A DNA stretch of 64,000 nucleotides from Longimicrobiales bacterium (GTDB lineage Bacteria > Gemmatimonadota > Gemmatimonadetes > Longimicrobiales > Gaopeijiaceae): NCBI GenBank assembly GCA_965248195.1, contig CBDFIQ010000002.1:1056001-1120000 (forward strand), written 5' to 3'. Shown here piece by piece: positions 18,462-30,936 of the stretch; position 1 is the stretch's first letter, and each line of letters starts with the position of its first letter. Below the pieces are notes generated by a model. That model saw nothing but the letters and a program-made list of their open reading frames with translations. It had not been told where the DNA came from and ran no database searches. Made by a program: the position numbers and the translations under genes.

Positions 18462-19103
18462 TTGTCAAACTCACGGAAAATTTCGGAATCGGCGGTCCAC
18501 CGGCTGTCCCTCTACCTTCGGATTCTGGAGGATCTCGAGCGTGAGGATCGAGAGACGGTGTCCAGCGAAGAGATGTCGGGCCGGAGCGCGACCACGGCGG
18601 CCCAGGTCCGGAAGGATCTCTCGCTGTTCGGGTCGTTTGGAAAGCGTGGACTCGGCTACGACGTCGCCGAACTCGCCGTGCGGCTCAGAAAAATTCTGGG
18701 CCTCGACCGGCGGTGGCGTGTCGCTCTCGTGGGAGCCGGCCGCATTGGGTCGGCGCTCGTGGAGTACGGTGGGTTCGCCGAGCGCAGTTATGATGTGGTG
18801 GCTATCTTCGACTCCGACCCATCCAAGGTCGGTCAGACATGGGGTGGGCTGCGCGTGCGGGATATCAGCGAGTTCGTATCCGTCGCTAACGACGAGGGTG
18901 TCGAGATCGTGATTCTAGCGATTCCGGCGGAGGCCGTACCCTCCGTCGTCGAGCAAGTTGAGGAGGCGGGTGTTAGGGGCATTCTGAATTTCGCGCCCAC
19001 CAAGCTGAAGGTCCCTGAGGGAGTTGCCGTGAAGGACGTGAACATGGTCATGGAGCTCGAAGCCTTGTCCTTCGCCTTGAGCCAGGAAGACGCAGAGGGG
19101 TGA
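18462..19103 (+). CDS. rex: Redox-sensing transcriptional repressor Rex
   Basis: RLSLYLR, QVRKDLS.FGSFGKRGLGY, VGAGRIG, ILNFAP. Confidence 0.96.
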   Translation: MSNSRKISESAVHRLSLYLRILEDLEREDRETVSSEEMSGRSATTAAQVRKDLSLFGSFGKRGLGYDVAELAVRLRKILGLDRRWRVALVGAGRIGSALVEYGGFAERSYDVVAIFDSDPSKVGQTWGGLRVRDISEFVSVANDEGVEIVILAIPAEAVPSVVEQVEEAGVRGILNFAPTKLKVPEGVAVKDVNMVMELEALSFALSQEDAEG

Positions 19104-19945
19104 GCGCAGACCGGGCTCTGGTTCACCGAGTGGCTTCTGTTCTAGAGAAGGGGCCCATGCATACGGTGGCTCTCGCCCATGAGGCTCTGGGGCTTACCGG
19201 AAATCCTGGGGCCGCATCCGCCGCGGTGTTTACGCTCTTGGGGCCCGACCCACGGTTCCAGGTGGATGGCGAAGGCGTCTGGTCGATGGCGGGTCCGGGT
19301 CCGGGTACTCCGCTCTCTGAGTTGTGCTATGCGGTTGTGGACATCGAGACGACAGGTGGGAGCTACGGTCGCGGGCACCGTCTGACCGACATCGCCATCT
19401 ACGAAGTGCGTGGCGGTGTGGTGGAGGATGAGTTTCGGTCGCTGGTAAATCCGGGGCGGACGATCCCTTTCAACATCGAAGTACTGACCGGTATCAGCAA
19501 TGTCATGGTCTCGTCTGCGCCCTTCTTCGACCACATCGCAGTTGATGTCGCGGAGCGACTCGAGGGCCGGATTTTTGTGGCGCACAATGCGCGCTTTGAC
19601 TGGGGCTTCCTCAGTCGACAGCTTGTCGAAGCCATCGGTGAAGCTCCCGTCGTCGAGCGCTTATGCACGGTCCAGATGGCACGCCGCCTTATCCCTCGGT
19701 TGCGGCGCCGCAACCTCGACGCGGTTACGCGGCACTTCGGGATCGACGTCACGGATCGCCACCGGGCTCACGGAGACGCCTTGGCCACGGCGTGCGTTCT
19801 GATCCGGCTCCTGGATGAGGCGAGCCGGCAGGGACTCTCAGACCTCCACGCCCTCAGATCCTTTCTCCGGAAACGTGGGCGGCGTTCGCGACCGCGGCAG
19901 GGCCAGCAGCTGTCCTTCTTGGGTGCCACTTCCGACAACGACTAG
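19100..19945 (+). CDS. DEDDh 3'-5' exonuclease (DnaQ/PolIII epsilon-like) with extra N-terminal region
   Basis: VVDIETTG, VAHNARFD, HRAHGDA. Confidence 0.88.
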   Translation: MSADRALVHRVASVLEKGPMHTVALAHEALGLTGNPGAASAAVFTLLGPDPRFQVDGEGVWSMAGPGPGTPLSELCYAVVDIETTGGSYGRGHRLTDIAIYEVRGGVVEDEFRSLVNPGRTIPFNIEVLTGISNVMVSSAPFFDHIAVDVAERLEGRIFVAHNARFDWGFLSRQLVEAIGEAPVVERLCTVQMARRLIPRLRRRNLDAVTRHFGIDVTDRHRAHGDALATACVLIRLLDEASRQGLSDLHALRSFLRKRGRRSRPRQGQQLSFLGATSDND

Positions 19946-20000
19946 ATTACTTCGCAGTCTCCGCCGGTCGGGGTGAGCCTCCACGAGCAAACCATGGGTC

Positions 20001-21212
20001 ATGGGTAAAAAGGCGAGAACCCCAGTAATCCTCGCAGGAGGCCGTACTGCGATCGGCCGCTTTCGCGGCGGTCTTTCCCCTCTGGCCGCCCCCGAGCTAG
20101 GCGGGATAACGATCCGGGCGGCGTTAGAGCGATCCGGGGTCGATCCGGCGAGTGTCGACGAGGTCATCATGGGAAACGTCGTTGTGGCAGGTGAGGGCCA
20201 GGCCCCGGCCCGGCAAGCAGCGATCTCGGGTGGCGTTCCCGCAACAGTCCCGGCCCTCACGGTCAACAAGGTCTGCGGATCGGGGCTGAAGGCCGTGATG
20301 CTAGCGGCTCAGGCGGTACGAGCTGGGGACGCCCAGGTGGTCGTGGCCGGGGGGATGGAGTCGATGTCGAACGTACCCTACTACGTCCGCGGGCTTCGAT
20401 CCGGTGTAAAGTTCGGCGATCAAACGCTCGAGGACGGCTTGGTGTTGGATGGTCTGTGGTGCGCGTTCGGCAATTGCCATATGGGCGGTCACGCCGAGTA
20501 TACGGCTGCGAAGGCGGGGATTTCGAGGGCCGACGCAGACGAGTTCTCACTTCGCTCTCACCGTCTGGCGGTCGCCGCCATGGACGGGGGTAAGTTCGAG
20601 CAGGAAATCGTCGCGGTGTCGATCGACACATGTCGGGGGACCACCGTGTTCGATTCCGATGAAGGCCCCCGGCGCGACACCTCGCTGGAGGCACTCGCGA
20701 AGCTGCGGCCCGCTTTTGGGGCAGACGCCCCGGACGATATCGAAGAGCTGGTCGTGACCGCGGGAAACGCCCCAGGGCTCAACGATGGAGCGGCGGCAGT
20801 CGTGGTTACCTCGCTCGAATTTGCTCAGGCGCAGGGAATACCTGTCCGCGCGGAGATTTCCGCATATGCCGCCGCCGGAGCCGACCCCCAAGATCTGTTC
20901 TTCGCGCCGATCGCCGCGGTGAAAAACCTGATGGAAAAGGAGCACACGGGCATCGGGGACTATGGTCTGGTCGAATTGAATGAAGCGTTCGCGGTGCAGG
21001 CATTGGCGGACATGAGGGAGCTCGAGATGGATCCGGAGCGGGTGAACGTCCATGGTGGCGCGGTGGCCCTCGGACATCCGATCGGTGCCTCCGGGACACG
21101 CATCTTGGTGACCCTACTCGGAGCCATGGAGGATCGGGATGTAGAGACCGGCTTGGCGACCCTCTGTCTCGGCGGGGGCAACGCTGTGGCACTCTCCGTC
21201 CGCCGCACGTGA
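20001..21212 (+). CDS. Acetyl-CoA C-acetyltransferase (thiolase)
   Basis: [25 protein letters not shown]. Confidence 0.95.
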   Translation: MGKKARTPVILAGGRTAIGRFRGGLSPLAAPELGGITIRAALERSGVDPASVDEVIMGNVVVAGEGQAPARQAAISGGVPATVPALTVNKVCGSGLKAVMLAAQAVRAGDAQVVVAGGMESMSNVPYYVRGLRSGVKFGDQTLEDGLVLDGLWCAFGNCHMGGHAEYTAAKAGISRADADEFSLRSHRLAVAAMDGGKFEQEIVAVSIDTCRGTTVFDSDEGPRRDTSLEALAKLRPAFGADAPDDIEELVVTAGNAPGLNDGAAAVVVTSLEFAQAQGIPVRAEISAYAAAGADPQDLFFAPIAAVKNLMEKEHTGIGDYGLVELNEAFAVQALADMRELEMDPERVNVHGGAVALGHPIGASGTRILVTLLGAMEDRDVETGLATLCLGGGNAVALSVRRT

Positions 21213-22090
21213 GTACGGATTCCTCGGACATCACGGGCATCCACATCGTGACGGTGGTGGGTGGCGGGACCATGGGAAACGGGATCGCGCACGTCTGTGC
21301 GCTGGGTGGGCGGGAGGTGCGGATCACGGACGTGTCACTAGAGGTTCTGGACCAGGCTCTCGCGACGATCGCAAAGAATCTGGACCGGCAGGTGAAGAAG
21401 GAGATCATCTCCGAGGCCGGGCGAGACGAGGCGCTCGAGCGGATCCGGCCAATGACCGATCTGGAAGCTGCCACCGCCGGCACGCAGCTCATCATCGAGG
21501 CCGTCCCCGAAAAGGCGGACATCAAGTACGATCTCTTTCGGCGACTCGACCAGATCACCTCTGCCGAAGCGATTCTGGCCAGCAACACGTCTTCCATCTC
21601 GATCACCGCGATTGCGGCGGAGACGGCGCGTCCCGACCGGGTGATCGGCATGCACTTCATGAATCCCGTTCCGGTGATGACGCTGGTCGAGGTGATCCGT
21701 GGACTGGCCACGAGTGACGCCACCACCGCGTCCGTCATGAACTTTTCCACGGAACTGGGGAAGACCCCCGTGGAGGTCAACGACTTCCCGGGTTTCGTCT
21801 CGAATCGAATTCTGGGACCCATGATCAACGAGGCGGTCTTCGCGTTGATGGAGGGTGTGGCCGACGTGGAGGCGATCGACTCAGTCATGAAGCTCGGCAT
21901 GAATCACCCGATGGGGCCGCTGGCGTTGGCCGATCTGATCGGGTTGGACACCTGCCTCAGCATCATGGAGGTCCTGCATCGGGAGTTGGGGGACGACCGC
22001 TATCGGCCCTGTCCGCTCCTCCGAAAATACGTCGCCGCGGATTGGCTGGGACGCAAGACGGGGCGCGGTTTCTACACGTACACGGACTGA
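21209..22090 (+). CDS. hbd: 3-hydroxybutyryl-CoA dehydrogenase
   Basis: [27 protein letters not shown]. Confidence 0.92.
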   Translation: MSTDSSDITGIHIVTVVGGGTMGNGIAHVCALGGREVRITDVSLEVLDQALATIAKNLDRQVKKEIISEAGRDEALERIRPMTDLEAATAGTQLIIEAVPEKADIKYDLFRRLDQITSAEAILASNTSSISITAIAAETARPDRVIGMHFMNPVPVMTLVEVIRGLATSDATTASVMNFSTELGKTPVEVNDFPGFVSNRILGPMINEAVFALMEGVADVEAIDSVMKLGMNHPMGPLALADLIGLDTCLSIMEVLHRELGDDRYRPCPLLRKYVAADWLGRKTGRGFYTYTD

Positions 22091-22133
22091 TCCGGAAGGG
22101 GAAGACCACACTTAGACCGAGGTCGGGAGGCCC

Positions 22134-23183
22134 GTGGAAATCTTCGAGGCGATGGCTGAAAAGGAGCACGACCAGCTCGTGTTCTGGAGTGATGTGGCCA
22201 GCGGATATCGTGGGCTGATCGCGATCCACGACACCACATTGGGCCCGGCGCTTGGCGGCACACGGTTTTGGAATTACACGTCGGAGGCCGAGGCGATCAC
22301 CGATGTGCTTCGTCTCGCGCGAAGCATGACCTACAAAGCCGCCATTACCGGCCTCGAGCTCGGGGGTGGAAAATCCGTCATCGTCGGGGACAACCACACG
22401 ACGGAGCGTGAGGCGATTTTCCGGGCCCATGGACGAGCCATCGAGTCGCTCGGAGGCCGGTACATCACGGCCGAGGACGTCGGGACGTCTGTCGACGACA
22501 TGGAGTACGTCCGCAAGGAGACCCAGTGGGTGACGGGCCTAAAGGGACGGTCCGGCGATCCCTCACCGATTACCGCCTTCGGCGTATATCAGGGTGTCAA
22601 GGCGGCCGCTCGATTCCGCTACGGCCACGAATCTCTCGAGGGCCGTCACGTCGTGGTTCAGGGGTTGGGACATGTGGGATATCACCTTTGCAAGCACCTA
22701 GCCACGGAGGGGGCTCGCTTGAGCGTAACCGATATCGAGGACGAGCGGGTCCGGAAGGCAATAGATGATTTCGGTGCGGCGGCAGTGGCGCCCGACGACG
22801 TGTACGGGACCCGTGCCGACATCTTCTCCCCGTGTGCCCTGGGCGCTGTGATCAACGATGACACGCTCGCCGCGCTGAAGGTCGACATCGTCGCGGGTTC
22901 AGCCAACAACCAGTTGGCCGAAACGCGCCACGGCAAGGCGCTTCACGAGCGGGACATCGTGTATGCTCCGGACTACGTGATCAACGCGGGCGGCATGTGT
23001 AACGTTTATGGGGAACTCAAGGGCTGGACGGCCGAGCAGAGCATGGAAAAGGCCGGAGGAATCTACGAGTGCCTCCTCCAGGTTTTCGGGCACGCTTTGG
23101 TAGAAGATATCCCGACCAGCCAGGCTGCGGACAGCATGGCTCGCCGGCGCATCGCCGAGGTGCGACGGCTGCGCGATGCGTAG
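22134..23183 (+). CDS. Glu/Leu/Phe/Val dehydrogenase (leucine dehydrogenase-like)
   Basis: [37 protein letters not shown]. Confidence 0.92.
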   Translation: MEIFEAMAEKEHDQLVFWSDVASGYRGLIAIHDTTLGPALGGTRFWNYTSEAEAITDVLRLARSMTYKAAITGLELGGGKSVIVGDNHTTEREAIFRAHGRAIESLGGRYITAEDVGTSVDDMEYVRKETQWVTGLKGRSGDPSPITAFGVYQGVKAAARFRYGHESLEGRHVVVQGLGHVGYHLCKHLATEGARLSVTDIEDERVRKAIDDFGAAAVAPDDVYGTRADIFSPCALGAVINDDTLAALKVDIVAGSANNQLAETRHGKALHERDIVYAPDYVINAGGMCNVYGELKGWTAEQSMEKAGGIYECLLQVFGHALVEDIPTSQAADSMARRRIAEVRRLRDA

Positions 23184-23269
23184 CTGACGCGGCCCTTTTT
23201 CCTCAGGTTAACGCGGATCCGATATTTGCTCATAGCCCGAACAAGTCTCCCACTGTAGGTTCGCCCCCC

Positions 23270-24529
23270 ATGGATCACTTGCGAAGCACCGACCCCGATA
23301 TTTTTGAGGCAATCCGCCGCGAAGCGGCACGCCAAGGTTCCCAGCTCGAACTCATCGCCAGCGAGAATTTCGTTTCCCGGGCGGTCCTCGAAGCCATGGG
23401 GTCGGTCATGACCAACAAGTACGCAGAGGGACTTCCTGGGAAGCGTTATTACGGTGGTTGTGAGTTCGTGGACGAGGGGGAGGAACTGGCCCGCAGTCGG
23501 GCCACGCAGCTCTTCTCGGCGGACCATGCCAACGTTCAGCCACACTCCGGCGCCCAGGCCAACATGGCCGCTTACTTCGCCTTGCTCTCACCCGGTGACA
23601 CGATCCTCGGAATGGACTTGAGTCACGGTGGCCATCTGACCCACGGGTCGCCCGTGAACTTCAGTGGCCAACTCTACGATGTAGTGTCGTACGGAGTGCG
23701 GGAGTCGGATGCTCGCATCGACTACGACCTTCTTCGCGAGAAGGCGTTGAAGGCCCGACCCAAGATGATCGTGGCCGGAGCCAGCGCCTATCCTCGCATC
23801 ATCGATTTCGAAGCGTTCGGCGACATCGCCCAGGAGGCCGGCGCCTATCTTATGGTCGACATGGCGCACATCGCAGGCCTCGTCGCCGTCGGGCTTCATC
23901 CCAGCCCGGTCCCCCACGCCGACATCGTCACGACGACGACGCATAAGACCCTCCGGGGTCCGAGAGGCGGCATGATCCTGTGTAAGGAGGAGCATGCGAA
24001 AGCGGTGGACAAGGCCGTCTTCCCGGGCATGCAGGGGGGGCCTTTGATGCACATCATCGCGGCCAAGGCCGTCTCGTTCAAAGAGGCTCTTCAGGCCGAT
24101 TTCAAGATTTACCAGAGCCAGACCATTAACAACGCTAAGGCGCTCGCGGCCCGGTTGGTCGAGCACGGGGTTGCGGTGGTCAGTGGGGGTACGGACAACC
24201 ACTTGCTCATGGTCGACCTTCGTGAGAGCCACCCGGAGCTCACGGGGAAAGAGGCGGAGCACACGCTCGAACGCGCCGGAATGACGGTCAACAAGAACAC
24301 CGTTCCGCGGGAGACCCGGTCGCCCTTCGTCACCTCGGGGCTCCGGATCGGCACCCCGGCTGTGACCACGAGGGGCCTCCGGGAGCCCGACATGCACCAG
24401 ATCGCGGATTGGATCGCTGCCGTGCTGACGGATGCGTCGGATGAGGCGGTGATATCAAAAACGCGTGCCGAAGTCGAGACGTTGTGCGCGTCGCTTCCAC
24501 TATATGAGGAATTGGCTGGACGTGTGTAG
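23270..24529 (+). CDS. glyA: Serine hydroxymethyltransferase
   Basis: [32 protein letters not shown]. Confidence 0.97.
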   Translation: MDHLRSTDPDIFEAIRREAARQGSQLELIASENFVSRAVLEAMGSVMTNKYAEGLPGKRYYGGCEFVDEGEELARSRATQLFSADHANVQPHSGAQANMAAYFALLSPGDTILGMDLSHGGHLTHGSPVNFSGQLYDVVSYGVRESDARIDYDLLREKALKARPKMIVAGASAYPRIIDFEAFGDIAQEAGAYLMVDMAHIAGLVAVGLHPSPVPHADIVTTTTHKTLRGPRGGMILCKEEHAKAVDKAVFPGMQGGPLMHIIAAKAVSFKEALQADFKIYQSQTINNAKALAARLVEHGVAVVSGGTDNHLLMVDLRESHPELTGKEAEHTLERAGMTVNKNTVPRETRSPFVTSGLRIGTPAVTTRGLREPDMHQIADWIAAVLTDASDEAVISKTRAEVETLCASLPLYEELAGRV

Positions 24530-24565
24530 CCTGGCGCGAGGATCACCAGCGGGTGAGATTGCCGT

Positions 24566-24946
24566 ATGACGGAACTTCAGTTTGCCGAAGACGTTCTGGA
24601 TCAACTCCAGGAAAAACACCCGCGGTTTCACGGGAAGGCCTACCTTTTTTTGCTTTCAGCCCTGCAAGAGGTCATGCAAGGGCTGGAGGAGCCACGACAC
24701 ATCACCGGGCAGGAATTGGCGGACGGTGTGCGCCGCCTCGCGTTAGGCCGCTTCGGACCCTTGTCCAGGACAGTGCTTCAACATTGGGGGATCCACTCGA
24801 CGGAGGACCTGGGCGACATCGTTTTCGCTCTGGTAGAGTGCGGTGTCCTTGTCCGGCAGGAGGGGGATTCCCGAGAAGATTTTCGGGACGTCTTTGATTT
24901 CGAAGAGGCGTTTGAGCAAGATTATCCATGGAGTCCAGGGATCTGA
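24566..24946 (+). CDS. Minf_1886-family protein (unknown function)
   Basis: AYLFLL..RHITGQEL..FGPLSRTVLQHWGIHSTEDLGDIVFALV..DSREDF pattern. Confidence 0.75.
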   Translation: MTELQFAEDVLDQLQEKHPRFHGKAYLFLLSALQEVMQGLEEPRHITGQELADGVRRLALGRFGPLSRTVLQHWGIHSTEDLGDIVFALVECGVLVRQEGDSREDFRDVFDFEEAFEQDYPWSPGI

Positions 24947-24993
24947 CGTCTTTGGAATAGACAAAACGTCCGGCAGGGGGGAGGGGCTGAGAC

Positions 24994-25188
24994 ATGGACG
25001 AATCTGGATTTCCTCGGTGTCTGAAGTGCGATACGGGGATCTTGCTTCCTCTTTCCGACTACGGCCGCGATGGCGCCGCCATCCGCTATAAGGCCTGGGT
25101 GTGCTCCAACCCTGAGTGTGGGTTCAACATCCGGATCGACAATGGGGAGATTTCGCTCGGTCGCAGTATCGGCGAAAGCTACAAGTAG
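24994..25188 (+). CDS. Small putative zinc-ribbon protein
   Basis: CLKC and CSNPEC cysteine pairs; GGAGG upstream. Confidence 0.75.
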   Translation: MDESGFPRCLKCDTGILLPLSDYGRDGAAIRYKAWVCSNPECGFNIRIDNGEISLGRSIGESYK

Positions 25189-25203
25189 GCCGGCTCTTCC
25201 GGA

Positions 25204-26796
25204 GTGGACCCCGGCATGAGTCCCACGCCGCTCCGGCCCTTCGCGCGTTCCCGAGTTTGGGCGCCCACCGCCACCGAAGCCGCCGCCTTCGACCGCGCCG
25301 CGATCGAACGCCAGGGGGTCCCGCAGGCTGCCCTCATGGAGTCCGCGGGGCGGTCCGCCGCAGAAATCCTCGACCGGCTTTTTCCCCAGGGAGAGGTCCT
25401 CGCACTCATCGGCGCTGGAAACAATGGTGGAGATGGCCTCGTGATGCTTCGAACCCTGCAGGCGTGGGGGCGCCCGGTCAGAGCCGTTCTCGTGGCCGAC
25501 CGGGACCAGGAGGATCTTCTACGTGGCTGGCAGATCCCGTTCGATAAGGACGACGGACTCGGACAGGATTCGGGACCTCTGGACACGGTGGTGCGTGCCG
25601 CGTCCGTCATCGTGGACGGTATGCTCGGCACCGGCATCCGCGGGGCGCCCCGGGACCGCCAAGCCCGAGCGATCCGGGCACTCAACCGATCCGAGCGGCC
25701 CGTGTTCGCGCTGGATACACCGTCGGGAGTAAACGGCGACACGGGCCAGATCGCTGGAGAAGCGGTCGACGCTGATGTCACCGTCGCCTTCGGATGGCCC
25801 AAGCTCGGCACCCTGCTTCAACCGGGCCGGTCGAGAGTCGGACGTTTGATTGCGGTAGAGATCGGCTTTCCGCCCGTGCCGGACCAGGGCTTCGGTGCCG
25901 CCGCCGCCACGCCGGCGTGGGCCGCCGAGACCTGGCCGAGACGTGAATCCGACGCGCACAAGAACAGCGTGGGTGCGCTTCTCCTTGTGGCGGGCCGGCC
26001 GGGGATGGCGGGAGCTGCCGTCATGGCCGCCCGAGCCGCCCTGCGCTCCGGCGTGGGTCTGCTTCGGGTCGTTTCGTCGTCGGAAAACCGCTCGATCATT
26101 CAAGAGTCCGTTCCGGAGGCGATCTTTGTCCCCGCTGAGGACGTCGACGCCGTGCACGAGGCGGCCGCCGCGTCTCAGGCCATGGGTGTGGGTCCGGGGC
26201 TTGGGAACGGGGCTGAGGCGGGGGAGCTTCTGGCGGCCGTGCTCGAAGTGTCGGAAGGCCTTCCAACGGTCCTCGATGCCGACGCGCTCAACCTGGCGTC
26301 GTCGGGGAAGGGGCCCGGCGTGGCGGAGTGGGCTGCCGACCGGCCCGTCCTCGTGACGCCGCATCTGGGCGAGATGAAGCGGCTATCTGGACTCGAGGGA
26401 GAGGCGATCGAGGAAGACCGGGTAGGCGCTGCCCGAGATCTGGCCAAGACGACTGGAGCGGCGGTCCTGCTCAAAGGCCTCCCGTCGATCGTGATCCCGC
26501 CCGAGGGCACCTGTCTCGTGGATACCGTGGCCTCGTCCGATTTGGCGGCCGGGGGTATGGGTGACGTGCTTACAGGCGTGGCCGCCTCCCTTTTGGCGCA
26601 GGGTGCGCCTCCGGATGAGGCGGGCGCGCTGGCCCTGTACGGGACGGGCCGCGCCGCGGCATGCGCCGCGTTGGGTCCGAGTCTGACTCCCTCCGACGTG
26701 ATCGAGCAGCTTGTGTTGGTGGGGACCGAAGAAGGGCCCGGAGAAAGCGACCTCGATTGTCCATTCGTGATCTTCGACCAGGATCCGGCGAGATGA
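25204..26796 (+). CDS. nnr: Bifunctional NAD(P)H-hydrate epimerase/dehydratase
   Basis: LMESAG, GAGNNGGDG, DTPSG, DADAL, TPHLGEM, GGMGDVLTG. Confidence 0.93.
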   Translation: MDPGMSPTPLRPFARSRVWAPTATEAAAFDRAAIERQGVPQAALMESAGRSAAEILDRLFPQGEVLALIGAGNNGGDGLVMLRTLQAWGRPVRAVLVADRDQEDLLRGWQIPFDKDDGLGQDSGPLDTVVRAASVIVDGMLGTGIRGAPRDRQARAIRALNRSERPVFALDTPSGVNGDTGQIAGEAVDADVTVAFGWPKLGTLLQPGRSRVGRLIAVEIGFPPVPDQGFGAAAATPAWAAETWPRRESDAHKNSVGALLLVAGRPGMAGAAVMAARAALRSGVGLLRVVSSSENRSIIQESVPEAIFVPAEDVDAVHEAAAASQAMGVGPGLGNGAEAGELLAAVLEVSEGLPTVLDADALNLASSGKGPGVAEWAADRPVLVTPHLGEMKRLSGLEGEAIEEDRVGAARDLAKTTGAAVLLKGLPSIVIPPEGTCLVDTVASSDLAAGGMGDVLTGVAASLLAQGAPPDEAGALALYGTGRAAACAALGPSLTPSDVIEQLVLVGTEEGPGESDLDCPFVIFDQDPAR

Positions 26797-27800
26797 CCCT
26801 CGTCGGGGAATTCGATCTGATACGCGACCTCTTGAAAAAGGTGAACCCGGCGGTCCCCGCCGGCGCCGACGCCGGGACCAAGGTTCCCGAGGGGGGTGGG
26901 GTGTGGTTGGGTGCCGGCGACGACGCGGCGGTCGTCGATGCGGGGCGGTTGGTGGTGAGCACAGATCTGACCGTCGAGGACGTACATTTTCGCCGGAGCT
27001 GGGTGACGTTTGCCGAGGCCGGCGCGCGCGCCGTCACGGCCGCAGCGAGCGATCTGGCGGCCATGGCGGCCACCCCCGTTGCAGTGCTGATCTCGTTGGC
27101 CGTCGCTCCCGACGAGGCTCAGGCCGTTCTGTCCGAGCTCGGTGACGGGATCAAGGCGGCCCTGAAGGAACTTGCTGTGCCCTTGGTGGGCGGCGACCTG
27201 GCCGCGTCTCCCGGACCGGTCGTCATCGACGTGACGGTCGTAGGGAAGGCCAAGGAGCCCGTCACGCGAAGCGGGGCGCACGCCGGCGACGAGCTTTGGG
27301 TCACGGGCGTGCTCGGGGGGAGCGCCGGAGCGGTACGCGCTTGGCGGGACGGGGCCGAGCCCGCTCCGAGCCTTCGGGCGTCCTTCGTCCGGCCTACGGC
27401 CCGGATCAAAGAGGCGCGGTGGCTGCTCGACCGGGTTCAAGTACGGGCTATGATCGACCTATCGGACGGGCTGGCGGGCGACGCTCAACACCTGGCCGCG
27501 GCGTCCGGTGTGCGCATCGTACTCGACCTGCGACTCGTCCCGGTCCACCCCGATCTCCCCCTGGAGGACGCGCCGTCCCTGGCGATGTCGGGAGGGGAGG
27601 ATTACGAACTCTGCTTCGTCGCACCGCCGGGCGTGACCGGCCCGTGGACGGACGAGTTTCAAGAGCAATTCGGGATCGGACTGACGTGCGTGGGCCACGT
27701 GGAGGAGGGCACAGGGGTCGAGGTCGTCGGCACGACCGATGGGCAGGACCCTCTCACCGGGGGCTTCGACCACTTTTCCGCCCGTGAGGGACCGTTCTGA
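26793..27800 (+). CDS. thiL: Thiamine-monophosphate kinase
   Basis: GEFDLI, GDDAA, SDLAAM, DLSDGL, GGEDYEL; ATGA overlap with nnr. Confidence 0.93.
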   Translation: MTLVGEFDLIRDLLKKVNPAVPAGADAGTKVPEGGGVWLGAGDDAAVVDAGRLVVSTDLTVEDVHFRRSWVTFAEAGARAVTAAASDLAAMAATPVAVLISLAVAPDEAQAVLSELGDGIKAALKELAVPLVGGDLAASPGPVVIDVTVVGKAKEPVTRSGAHAGDELWVTGVLGGSAGAVRAWRDGAEPAPSLRASFVRPTARIKEARWLLDRVQVRAMIDLSDGLAGDAQHLAAASGVRIVLDLRLVPVHPDLPLEDAPSLAMSGGEDYELCFVAPPGVTGPWTDEFQEQFGIGLTCVGHVEEGTGVEVVGTTDGQDPLTGGFDHFSAREGPF

Positions 27801-27988
27801 CGGGCTTCGCGATGCGCTCGGTGACGCTCTCGCCTACGGGGCGGCGAGGGACGGACCTCGCGCCTACCGGGAGAACCGCCTTTGGACGATGTTCCGGAGC
27901 CATTGAGGTCGAGTTCCGACCCATCCTGAGCCAGGAACTGACCGTCCCGCGGACCGAGCGGTGGATCAGTCACAAGAAGAGCGAGTAA

Positions 27989-29272
<1,284 letters not shown>

Positions 29273-29308
29273 GCCGGCGGATCTCGTGAGGCGACGAAGG
29301 CGACGGCC

Positions 29309-29614
29309 GTGAAGCGGCTCATCCTCCCTGCGCTGATCGGGCTGTCCGTCTACTTCGCGTTGTTCGGGGGAGAATACTCTGTATTCGAGGTCAGACGTGT
29401 TCGAGCCGAGAGAGTCGAGCTGGAGGAGGCGCTCGTGGCTTTGGAGCAAACCAACGACTGTCTGCGGGCGTGGGCGGAGGCCTTGCAGTCGGACTCAGCG
29501 ACCATCGAACGTTTGGCGCGAGAGCGCTACGGGATGATTCGAGCGGGAGAGGTCCTTTACCGCTTCACCGAAACTGCCGACTCCGTCCAGAATCAAGATT
29601 CGGACTGTCGCTGA
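29309..29614 (+). CDS. ftsB: Septum formation initiator FtsB/DivIC
   Basis: N-terminal TM, coiled coil, IERLARERYGMIRAGE; follows eno. Confidence 0.8.
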   Translation: MKRLILPALIGLSVYFALFGGEYSVFEVRRVRAERVELEEALVALEQTNDCLRAWAEALQSDSATIERLARERYGMIRAGEVLYRFTETADSVQNQDSDCR

Positions 29615-29615
29615 C

Positions 29616-30578
29616 CTAGTCCTCGTCCACGTCGCTCTGTTCAGCACCCTCAGTCGTGGGAACGGCTTGTTCACCCGGTGAGGACGCGCCGCTGCCAATT
29701 CCCAAAAGGGCTTTGGCCGCATCGGTGAGCATCGCCGCGTCGGCACCGGCGGGTAGCGCGTCATCCGCCGCTTCCGCTCCGAGTGTCTTCGAGCCAACTC
29801 CCCCTCCCCCCAACGCCTTGTACCGCTCACCAGCTTCCACGATCGGCTTGAAGAGGTCCATGGGGATCGGGAACACGGTGGTCGAATTGTTTTCGGCGGC
29901 GATCTCCACCACGGTTTGGAGAAATCGCAACTGGATGGCTACCGGGTAATCCTGGATCAACTTGGCGGCCTCGGCGAGCTTTATCGCCGCTTGCGCCTCG
30001 CCGGCAGCGGCGATGACCTTCCCCCGTCGTTCCCGTTCCGCTTCGGCCTGCCTCGCCATCGCTCGCTTCATCTCCTGGGGGAGATCGATGTCCTTGACCT
30101 CTACGGCCGTGACCTCGATGCCCCACGCATCGGTGCCCTCGTCGATGATGTCGCGGACCACCCGGTTGATCTGTTCGCGTTCCACGAGGATTTCGTCCAG
30201 CTCCGACTGCCCGATGACACTGCGCAAAGTGGTTTGCGCAAGCTGGCTGGTCGCGAAGTAGTAGTCTTCGATCTCTACCACCGCCTTGGCCGGGTCGGTG
30301 ACACGGAAATACACGACCGCGTTGACCTTCACGCTGACGTTGTCCTTCGTGATCGTATCCTGTGGAGCGATGTCGAGCGCCACGATCCGAAGGTCCATCT
30401 TTTTCATGCGCTCGATCCCGAACGGGACCAAAAAGATGAGTCCGGGTCCCTTGGCCCACGTGAGCCTTCCGAGCCTGAATACGACGCCACGCTGATACTC
30501 GAACAGGATGCGCAGGCTCGTGAGCAGAGCCACTCCTCCGACGATGGCGGCCACGCCGAGCAGGGAACCGAAGTCCAT
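29616..30578 (-). CDS. SPFH/stomatin-like (slipin) protein
   Basis: [43 protein letters not shown]. Confidence 0.93.
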   Translation of the reverse strand: MDFGSLLGVAAIVGGVALLTSLRILFEYQRGVVFRLGRLTWAKGPGLIFLVPFGIERMKKMDLRIVALDIAPQDTITKDNVSVKVNAVVYFRVTDPAKAVVEIEDYYFATSQLAQTTLRSVIGQSELDEILVEREQINRVVRDIIDEGTDAWGIEVTAVEVKDIDLPQEMKRAMARQAEAERERRGKVIAAAGEAQAAIKLAEAAKLIQDYPVAIQLRFLQTVVEIAAENNSTTVFPIPMDLFKPIVEAGERYKALGGGGVGSKTLGAEAADDALPAGADAAMLTDAAKALLGIGSGASSPGEQAVPTTEGAEQSDVDED

Positions 30579-30716
30579 GATGCACCACCTCCGAAGGCAG
30601 AGTGATCAGTGGCTGACGCGCGCCTGATGCGCCCCTCCCGTCTACCCCCGGAAGGCAAGGATGGCTCCATTGACACCCCCTGATACTCGTTTGAGCTTTG
30701 AAGGCTTGAGCAGCAA

Positions 30717-30790
30717 GGCGGAGTAGCTCAGCTGGTTAGAGCAGCGGAATCATAATCCGCGTGTCGGGGGTTCGAGTCCCTCCTCCGCTA
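30717..30790 (+). tRNA. tRNA-Met(CAT), probably elongator; CCA not encoded
   Basis: Cloverleaf GGCGGAG/CTCCGCT acceptor stem, CAT anticodon loop, GGTTCGAGTCC T-arm; TTGACA upstream at 30670. Confidence 0.93.
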
Positions 30791-30793
30791 TCG

Positions 30794-30821
30794 AAGGCCC
30801 GGGCCGATGGCCTGGGTTTTT
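30794..30821 (+). terminator. Probable intrinsic terminator after tRNA-Met
   Basis: GC-rich hairpin CCCGGGCC-GAT-GGCCTGGG followed by a T run. Confidence 0.6.
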
Positions 30822-30936
30822 CACTTGCTCCCCCTCCCGGTAGCGGGCGGGGCACAAACATCGGTAAGTTTCTTCTTTGAATGGGGAAGCGGATCATCGC
30901 ACACACGTGTAGTCGAGTCATCCAGGAGTTCGGGAC

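Noticed and set aside
30717..30790. tRNA-Ile2(CAT) or initiator tRNA, given nearby tilS
   Set aside because: The acceptor stem starts GGCGG with a paired first position, lacks the C4/C5 TilS determinants, and lacks the three consecutive G-C anticodon-stem pairs of fMet; best read as elongator Met.
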